Positions 38,193 through 47,130 of a stretch of 64,000 nt of DNA are shown here, in pieces. The DNA is taken from positions 421,228,001 through 421,292,000 of the forward strand of contig OZ024740.1 of assembly GCA_964016885.1 (NCBI GenBank). Direction: 5' to 3'. Below the pieces are notes generated by a model, which did not search any database, was not told the DNA's origin, and saw nothing but the letters and a program-made list of their open reading frames with translations. Position 1 is the first letter of the stretch. Each line of letters starts with the position of its first letter. The translations under genes were made by a program, and so were the position numbers. The stretch is from Eledone cirrhosa. Its lineage: Eukaryota.

Positions 38193-38472
38193 ATATTTAA
38201 AAAAAAAAAGGAAAAGAATGACTTCACTTGTAGTTCTGAGTTGGTAGATCTAGTAAGTTCTTTGTTAACAAACTGAGATCTCAGTTTGACAATCGCCACT
38301 GACGAATGCGAGAAAGTTCTCCAACAAAGTTAACCAGGAATCTTTAAAATTCTTCCCACCGAAGTTAACAAAGAACTTACTAGATCTACCAACTCATAAT
38401 ATTATATTATAAAATTAAATCAAATTATTTAGAACTACAAGAGAAATCATTCTTTTCCTTTTTTTCAAATAT
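38193..38472. mobile_element. Small fold-back element between (TA)n tracts
   Basis: Perfect 32-bp inverted repeat 38238-38269 / 38364-38395 plus outer imperfect arms; inner palindrome aaactgagatctcagttt. Confidence 0.7.
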
Positions 38473-38542
38473 ATATATATGTATATATCTATCTATCTAT
38501 ATATATATATATATAGTAATAATAATCTGTTATTTAATAAAT

Positions 38543-38606
<64 letters not shown>

Positions 38607-38710
38607 TTACTCTCATTTATATAGATGGTGTGTATATGTATGTTTACTTAATCAAAGAAATTCTCAAAAAAGCCAAGATTACATTGAAATGATACAAAAA
38701 TATAACTCAC

Positions 38711-38792
38711 GAGAAGGGAACTTGCTGATATTATTGGCAACCCGCACCAGCAATCTCGCAGCTCTTACAGTTTCCTTTATTTTAATACACAT
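38711..38792 (-). CDS. WDR19: WDR19 exon: MCIKIKETVRAARLLVRVANNISKFPS(H)
   Basis: 82 bp, AG/GT flanks, RVANNISKFPSH motif. Confidence 0.97.
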
Positions 38793-38839
38793 CTGAAAGT
38801 AAGGAAAATAGAACTCTGTCAAATAGCTGTGGAATTTTT

Positions 38840-39120
38840 TCTTCTTCTTCTTCTTATTATTATTCCTGAGAGGGTCATGAGGGCAGAGTCCTCAAACACT
38901 CCTTCCAGTGGGTTCTGTCAGAAACAATCGTCTCCAAATGATCCGGCTGGATCTCCAAGCAAGACTAGCCAAGCTCATGGATGTTATCCAACCATCTTGC
39001 TTGGGATCTACCCCTGAGTCTCCTGTTGGTTGGTTTCACCCATAAAATATGTCCAGTGACTGTTTCCTGAGACACTCTAACCACCTGTCCATAGTACTAG
39101 AGCTGTGACCTTTCAATTCA
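38840..39120 (-). mobile_element. Degenerate RTE-like LINE 3' end
   Basis: QL*YYGQVVRV..ILWVKPTNRR..GRS.ARW.DNI-like translation; (AAT)(AAG) tail. Confidence 0.5.
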
Positions 39121-39411
39121 GAAAAGTAGTGGCTCTACCTGGAATTTAGAAGAGGAAATTAGAAAAAGACCATTCTGATTCTGCCACTGTAAACCATGAT
39201 GTCATAGCTAATGTCACTTAGGTGATGGAAAGAATTGAGTTCCTCTCTCATCTTCAGCATCATCCTCTTCCTCTTCGTCATCATTTTACATTTGCTTTTC
39301 ACACTGGTATTGGTTGGACGGTTGCTCCATCACTAGTTAAGTCAATCAACCATGTCTTCAAACATTCTATCTTTAGCAAAGTTTCTACAATTGGATGCTA
39401 TTCTTAACACA

Positions 39412-39835
39412 AACCACTTTACAGAGTGTACTGGGTGCCTTTTGTTGTGACATCAGCACTACCACTTTACAGAGTGTACTGGGTGCCTTTTGTTGTGACA
39501 TCAGCACTACCACTTTACAGAGTGTACTGGGTGCCTTTTGTTGTGACATCAGTACTACCACTTAACAGAGTGTACTGGGTGCCTTTTATTGTGACATCAG
39601 TATTACCACTTTACAGAGTGTACTGGGTACCTTTTGTTGTGACATCAGCACTACCACTTAACAGAGTGTACTGAGTGCCTTTTGTTGTGACATCAGTACT
39701 ACCACTTAACAGAGTGTACTGGGTGCCTTTTGTTGTGACATCAGCACTACCACTTTACAGAGTATACTGGGTGCCTTTTGTTATGACATCAGCACTACCA
39801 TTTTACAGAGTATACTGGGTGCCTTTTGTTGTGAT
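39412..39835. repeat. 48-bp tandem repeat x ~9 inside a minus-orientation SINE/RTE tail copy (~39270-39840)
   Basis: Unit accactttacagagtgtactgggtgccttttgttgtgacatcagcact, preceded by gtttctacaattggatgctattcttaacac. Confidence 0.9.
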
Positions 39836-40144
39836 ATCATCATATATTTAGGCAATATTTTGACAATTTTCACCAACTTCAAAAAAATAAATTCAATTGC
39901 AAGCATTTTGAAGGTTACTTGATAGCACAAAAAAAAAAAAAAAAAAATGAGGAAAAAAAACTATTTTTCCCACAAAAATCGAAGAGGTTGTTCTATAAAT
40001 TTGCCAAAAATTGTTAGGAAGGTCACATCTGGAACATGTTTGATTATAGGTCTGCTTGAACAATGCTGAAGTAGAGCTAAACAACAACAACAACAACAAT
40101 TTACACAATGTAAGTACTTATTTCATGGATTGACACCCCAAAAG

Positions 40145-40428
40145 TTTCCCAATACTGTACAGGTGTCTTACCTGTAATATCAAGTTAACCCCCCCTTCCC
40201 AACACTATACAGGTGTCTTACCTGTAAACTCATCAAGTTAAATCTCCCCCTTCCCAACACTGTACAGGTGTCTTACCTGTAATATCATCAAGTTAAACCC
40301 CTCCCCTTCCCAACACTATACAGGTGATTTACCTGTAATATCATCAGGTTAACCCCCCTCACCAACACTGTACAGGTGTTTTACCTTCACTAATTACCCA
40401 CCTTCCCAACAATGTACAGATGTCTTAC
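40145..40428 (-). repeat. Five 44-56-bp tandem units, each repeating the WDR19 splice donor and exon-end sequence
   Basis: Minus-strand AG/GT junctions with GT at + coordinates 40383-4, 40331-2, 40275-6, 40220-1 and 40170-1, besides the real donor at 40427-8. Confidence 0.85.
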
Positions 40429-40553
40429 CTTTACTAATAAATAACTGTGTAATATCATCAGATTAATGGACATTTCAGCAGGTATTTTCATCTTATTTTC
40501 TTTTAATTCCTGATACATAGCAAACAGTACATCATGGGCGTGGCGGTAGTTAC
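40429..40553 (-). CDS. WDR19: WDR19 exon: (G)[41 protein letters not shown]
   Basis: 125 bp, AG/GT flanks, [20 protein letters not shown] motif. Confidence 0.97.
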
Positions 40554-41118
40554 CTGGACAGGTAGAGAGAAGGAAAAACAATAGAGATACTTACAAGTGG
40601 CACTTACATGGCGTGGTTCATCATAGAGGTGTGTATGTATATATATATATATATATATTAGTAAAAGGAAAAGAAAATGCTGACAAATTTTTCCCAGTGA
40701 AAAAATAGTTTAATTAGGAATAAGTAAAAATTAGTAATAAGTATTGGTTAGTATTCAGTTTTAGTTTTAAGTTTTTACCGGTTGCGCATTTCTAATGCTT
40801 TTCAAAAATAATTTTGAGATAGAGCGCCCGTGATGTTTGCTCTAGTCTGATCAGTTTTGGAAATTCTACCTGTTTTATGTGAAAAAAGTGGCTCCAGAGG
40901 TATTAAGATTTGGTTGGTTGTTGAATGTCACGTGAATGAATACTATAAATTTCACATCAATTCCTGTTGCAAAAATTCTTGTAGTCAAAACAGTTTTGAT
41001 TGGTCGGTAGAGGTCACGTGAATGTTAAAAATTGAGTTTACGCCAAATGTAGGTTTGTCGAAGAGTGTCCTTTTTCGCCTGATTGAGAAGTCACTGAAAA
41101 ATAAGTCTTTTAAGACAA

Positions 41119-41188
<70 letters not shown>

Positions 41189-41284
41189 TAAAGAGGTTCA
41201 TTGTTGTGATAATGGTCAGTAGGGATGTGTGTGTGAATTGCAGTCATGTTGAAAGGTCAACAGTTCAGGTGCCTATTAAGACAA

Positions 41285-41332
<48 letters not shown>

Positions 41333-41803
41333 TAGAGTGATTCGTGGTAGAGGGATTCGGTCAGTAGGAATGTGTCTGTACGTGTGGGGGATATTTTAAC
41401 ATGTTGAAAGATATTTTTCAGCTCTTGTCTTATACAGAGAAGTGTGTGTGTGTGTGTGTATATGTCTGTTTGTATGTTAGAATATGTGTGTGTGTATATT
41501 TGTGTGTGTGTGTGTATATGTGTTTATGTGTGTGTGTGTGGGTGGACCAGTATTTTTGTGATACTGGTAAAAATGGTGTACATTATTCAATATTTTCAGT
41601 AATTTGCAAAAATAATTCTCTCAAAAGAACATCAAAAACATTAATAATAAAAGGGGTGAAATGATATATTTAAATATATATATATATAAATTATATATAT
41701 ATATACAATATATTTATGAATAACAAACATACAAAAGTCTTGCTATGGAAGGGAGATAATTAGATGTGTCACTAACATAGCCTCGCTCATCATAGGTTTA
41801 TTA

Positions 41804-41951
41804 TCTATATATATATAAAAGCAAGTCGGTCTGTGTGTGTGTATCTGTCTGTGTACAAATACTAGGCTCCTTTTAACTTTTGAAGTACTAGGCCGTTATG
41901 GACAAACAGGCTGTCATTCATTTCCCGAGCAACGCCGGGTACATCTGATAG
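41804..41951 (+). mobile_element. Miniature non-autonomous Helitron
   Basis: A/TC start, (TG)n/tctg subterminal tract, GC hairpin cccgagcaacgccggg (41924-41939), ATAG/T end (CTAG variant). Confidence 0.65.
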
Positions 41952-41976
41952 TGTATATATATATATATATATATAG

Positions 41977-42210
41977 TTAAGATAGTAGTATGGACGAAAC
42001 AAGAGCAATCAGCAGCACACCTAAGGCCTTTTATTGAAAGCCTTGGGCGCGCTGCTGATTGCTTTCGATGTCCTGTTTTAAGCGCCGAAACATCTATGAT
42101 CTGCAGTTAGCAGCTGATGAAAGGGTTCTTCTCTTGTTTCGTCCATATTACCATCTTAAACATTGTTTACAGTAACCATACAGCCCACTTAGTTTCTTGT
42201 AATTTTGTAT
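41977..42210. mobile_element. Small nested fold-back element between (TA)n tracts
   Basis: 29-bp inverted repeat 41977-42005 / 42131-42159 enclosing a 24-bp-stem hairpin 42004-42063, plus an unpaired ~50-bp tail. Confidence 0.65.
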
Positions 42211-42220
42211 ATATATATAT

Positions 42221-42790
42221 AGTTTACTCAGCTGTAGAAATGAGATGATAGGACTGAGGTCCCTGTCATTCCACTGCAAAGTGGTCGTGGAGGTGCCACG
42301 GCAAAAAAGCACCCAGCACTCACTGTAAAGTGGACGTGTAGGCGCCATGAAAAAAGCACTCAGCCCACACTGTAAAGTGGACATGTAGGCGCCACGAAAA
42401 AAAGCACCCAGCCCACACTGTAAAGTGGACAAGCAGGTGCCACGAAAAAAAACGCCTCAGCCCACACTGTAAAGTGGACATGTAGGCGCCACGGAAAAAA
42501 GCACCCGGCCCACACTGTAAAGTGGACATGTAGGCGCCACGAAAAAAAAACACCCAGCCCACACTGTAAAGTGGACATGTAGGCGCCACAGAAAAAAGCA
42601 CCCGGCACTCACTGCAAATGAGGTTGGTGTTAGGAAGGGCATCCAGCTGTAGAAATTAGGCCAGAATCAGTTCTTGTATGAGCAAGACAAGGTCAGCCGA
42701 CCGAACACTGCCCACATTAGGACAATCCGTCTAACCCATGCTAGCGTGGAAGAATGGACGTAAAACGGTGATGATGATGATGATGATGAT
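42221..42790 (+). mobile_element. 5'-truncated SINE (family of 24610-24986) with internal ~47-bp unit expanded to ~7 copies
   Basis: Colinear with 24720-24986; unit gccacgaaaaaaagcacccagcccacactgtaaagtggacatgtaggc. Confidence 0.9.
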
Positions 42791-42985
42791 ATATATATAT
42801 AAATTACAGAATAATCAAAACTATGTTCAAAACATTTTATTGTATATCTATTATATATATATATATATATAATAGATATATAATAGATATACAAGAGTCT
42901 GGCTTGTTTATCATACATGAGCATATCCTATATACTTTCATATACAGCCCTATAGACAGAGACATATTTTCATTTTACATTCGTC

Positions 42986-43337
42986 CAGTGATTCCAAACA
43001 TGGGGAGCACACCCCACAAGGGAACAATTTGAATATTTAAGGGGGCCATTTGATGTTAATGAGAACAAATTTAAATTTTTATATTATTTCTTTTACACCA
43101 AATCAACTTTCGTACACATTATTGTCAGTAGCTCCTCTCTCACCTCCTCCATATGTTATTGTACATCTGGCACCACCTATATGGTACACATTACTGTCAG
43201 TAGCTCCTGTCTCACTTCCACCACATGTTATTGTACACCTGGCACCACCTATACACCAATTGCTGTTTTCATATCAAAGGATAACAATTTTGAGATGTTG
43301 AGGAGGGTCATGGTTCACAAAAGGTTGGGAACCACTG
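42986..43337. mobile_element. hAT-type MITE
   Basis: Termini cagtgattccaaac ... ggttgggaaccactg; TSD not cleanly preserved. Confidence 0.6.
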
Positions 43338-44139
43338 TATTATTCAAAAACAGAAGGGCTGTGTACTCAATGGTTTAGATGGATGGCAACACTGATATAT
43401 GTACATACACATATACACACATACATATACACACAGACATACACACACAGACACACATACATATACACACAGACATACACGCATACAGACACACATACAC
43501 ATACATACACACAGACACATACATACAGACACACATACACAGGCACAAACACAGACATACATACACATACATACAGACATATACACACACATACAGATAT
43601 ATATACACACACACAGACAAATTTTTAATCACATCCTTCCAAAGAAAAAGTCATCGCTCTACATTATAACTTGCAGTCCATCAGTCGACCAGTCACACTG
43701 TATCTCTCTTTGTCTCTTCTACCTCTACTATAACAGTCACAACTCCTCTCAACTAACAAGCTGTGTACTACTTCTCCACTCTGTTCACAACATTCCTCAT
43801 ATGTCTCCCCACATTCACAAACCCCAATAATCAATACATTTCTTTTCCGGAATTGAAAACATTTGGAAATCTCTCTCCTTGCCTTCTACATTTTCAACCT
43901 CAAGAAATCAAACTTTTCAACTACAGAACAATGTGTTGTAATCTCCTTCAACTCCATAATTACCACTGAGCTTTCCAGTCCCTTATCAACAGGATCTATA
44001 CGCATGATGTAAAATCCATCTATTCACCTCATCTCAATTCACAGGACTCTGTACATAATGTATCTACAGATAAAGACATTAAATTCCCTTCCTGCTTTGC
44101 TCCATTCTATATACATACAACAAAAGCCCTTCATCTCAT

Positions 44140-44405
44140 TATCATCATCATCATTATCATCATTTAATGTCTTTTTTCCACACTAGATGAGTTGTCCCAT
44201 TTGAGGCAAGTCAGGTCAGATGACCATGTCTTGCTCATACAGAACTGGCTTGGTTTCTATAGCTGGATACCCTTCCTAACGCCAACCACATTTACAGTGT
44301 GGACTCAGTGTTTTTTATTGTGGCATCCAGATGACCACTTTACAGTGTGGACTGAACACTTTTTGTTGTGGCATCAAAACCATCACTTTACAGTGTGGAC
44401 TGGGG
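44140..44405 (-). mobile_element. SINE/RTE 3' tail fragment with 3 internal subrepeats
   Basis: (CAT)n then ttaatgtc..ttgaggcaag..tggtttctatagctggatacccttcctaac..tttacagtgtggact x3. Confidence 0.8.
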
Positions 44406-44594
44406 CTGCTCAAACTCACCTACTCATACCTATATATGCTTAGTATGGAACTGGGTCTGACTGGGTTTTAGGTAGGTTTAAATAACCAGGCTGGCGGGTT
44501 TAAGATGAAAAAAGTAGGTTTAGGTCTGTGTTAGTAGAAAATATAGGTTTAAGTCAATGTTAGTAAGTAGAAAAGGAAATAGACAGAAACAAAC

Positions 44595-44691
44595 CACTAT
44601 TCTGTTCCTCCTTGGATATGATAATTGCGATACTTGCAGCTTCCTTGTATTGACTTAGAGCCATATGTAAGCGAAACAGATATTTAGCATC
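44595..44691 (-). CDS. WDR19: WDR19 exon: [32 protein letters not shown](G)
   Basis: 97 bp, AG/GT flanks, [16 protein letters not shown] motif. Confidence 0.97.
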
Positions 44692-46196
44692 CTAGAACAA
44701 ATATAAGAAAATTGATAGAGTAAACAACAATACATGTTTTTACTAACATTTCAACAGTTAATATTTCTATATGTTTCACATTATACTAATAGGCCTTCAT
44801 CAGAGCTACAGGTTTTACATATAAAGCACAGTTTACTGATACCAACTACAGCTTAAAATACATTCTTCAACACCTGCTAGAAGTAGCATCAATATCAATA
44901 AATTACACTCCACTGTTTTGTCTTAGAAGAACAAAGAAAGACTCACTAGATAATATAATCAGGAGAAAAAGACAGGATGGTCACAGCTGGATTGTTTTTA
45001 TCACAGATCTGCTAAAGAAGGACTGACTTGAGTCTAAACACCCAAGGAGTTTAAACAGTCACATGAAGGAACTTCTAAATAGTCATTTGTCTTCTTTATG
45101 TTGTCTTCTTTATCTGGCTACATACCTACCCAGATAAAGTCAATTATTGGGGCTAATAAAAGACAAACTGTAAATCAGGTTTATGTCAAACTTATGTTCA
45201 ATGGTTACACAGACAGTTTAAGAAATTAGAAGGAAATCATGACTTTCTTGAAGATTGTTGATGTTTTTACCAGAAATAATAAACCAAAAAACTTTAATCT
45301 TAGCCTACTCCATGAGAAACAAATGTCTTTATGTAAACAGAGCAGAAAGAAAAACAAGGTTTAGTTAGAAACTGGTGGCCTGGGCTAGTTACTTTATACT
45401 TAACACTACACTGGACCAGATTTAGACCTTGGGAGGCGCATGGGAGTATAAGTTTGGTGGGCTCCTCATATATATGTATGTGTGTATATACAGGTGTCAT
45501 AGAAACCCTACATTTGGATTTTACCACCATTCCATTTGGGTCCAGGTCGGTTTTTATCATTTATTTTGTTTGACCTATTTAGCTTGATTTGTTTTTTGGC
45601 TTAGGTGGTTAATGCCTTCTTAACCACTTTTCCAGTTTGTATGGCGTTTTAACTTATTGTTTAGCTCTAGTTTTTTAACTATTGAGTGCTTGCCAGCATT
45701 TCTACAATTTTGCGTTTCATTTCGCTTTTTCTGCCAGCCGAAATATGATTCTCGCTGAATTATATTTATATATATATATATATTAGAAAAATATATATAC
45801 ATTATTCTATTATGTGTTCCAGCTAACAGGCTGAGGCTATGCTACATATATATTAGTGAAAGTAGAGGATCTATCACAAGCTTCACAGTTTCAGCTAGTT
45901 ACCTCTTTACGGTTCACGGTCAGTCCTCTACTTTCACTAATGTAACCACTCTACATCTTACCATGTATCAAGTACTTCTTTGATTTGTCGTCTTCCTGAT
46001 CCCAGTACTGCAGACTATCAATATATCAATATATATATATAAGCAGGAAGAGAGAGAAAAGGGGCCGTTTGGAGAGGGGGGGGGCTCTGTTTGATGAAGG
46101 GGACCCAGGGCATTTGCCCCCACCAACCCTGCACTTACAATCTCTGAAAGTATACTAAATGAATATTTAGTCTCTTGTTAAAATAAATGAGCCAAC

Positions 46197-46340
46197 CTTA
46201 GGTATGCCATCGGTATCACCCAGTAGGTAACTAGATAATTGTTTGGTTAATTCAATATCATTTGCTTCTTTCACAGCCTTGATGGCCATATCAATCGCTT
46301 CTCGGTCTTCACCTTTACACATCAATAAATGTCGCAATGC
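46197..46340 (-). CDS. WDR19: WDR19 exon: ALRHLLMCKGEDREAIDMAIKAVKEANDIELTKQLSSYLLGDTDGIPK
   Basis: 144 bp, phase 0/0, AG/GT flanks, AI.MAI..V..A.D..LT.QL..LLG..DG.PK. Confidence 0.95.
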
Positions 46341-46454
46341 CTAAAGTAGAAATATATATATTTACATTTATAAAAATATATTTCATATCAATTCTGTGAT
46401 GAAACCAAGATGGAGGTAATGAGAGGAATAAATAATGTAGAAATATAATGCGTA

Positions 46455-46768
46455 GGAACATGGATTAGTGGTTTGAGCATTGAGCTCACAATTGTAAAGT
46501 TGCGAGTTCGAATCCCAGAGTGGGTGGTGCCTTGTGTTTTTGAGCAAGACATGTTGCTTCACTCCATTAAACTGTAGAAATGAGTTGTGACATCACTGGT
46601 GCCAAGCTGTATCGGCCTTAGCCTTTCCCTTGGACAACATTGGTGGTATGGAGAGGGGAGACTGGTATACATGGGCAACTGCTGGTCTTCTACAAAAGCC
46701 CAGGCTTGTAACTCAGCGGGGAACTTTCTAGGCGCAAAACTCATAGTCATTCATGACCAAAGTGGGTC
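46455..46768 (+). mobile_element. tRNA-headed SINE, near full length
   Basis: A box tggattagtgg, B box gagttcgaatccc; inverse homologue of 19920-20252. Confidence 0.88.
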
Positions 46769-47130
46769 TATGATATATGAATATAATTTATACATAAGTA
46801 TAATATTATATACAAATATAATACATCATTATCATCATTTAATGTCCATTTTCCTTGCTTGCAGGGGAAAACAAAAAGCAACCTGTCCACCCTGTAAGGT
46901 GGTCATGCTGGTGCCACAACAAAACAGCACCCAGTCCACCCTGTAAGGGTGTCATGCTGGTGGCACAGCAAACAGTATCCATTCCACCCTGTAAGGTTGT
47001 GTTGGTGCCACAACAGCACCCAGTTCACCCTGTAAGGTGGTCATATTGGTGCCACAACAAAACATCCTGTCAAATCTTGTTTTGCTTATTTCTAAAATGT
47101 AATTATTTAACTTTGATATTACAGTAGCTG

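Noticed and set aside
44765-44810. Hammerhead-like CTGATGA...GAAACATATA on the minus strand
   Set aside because: Stems I and II do not pair convincingly; at best a decayed remnant.
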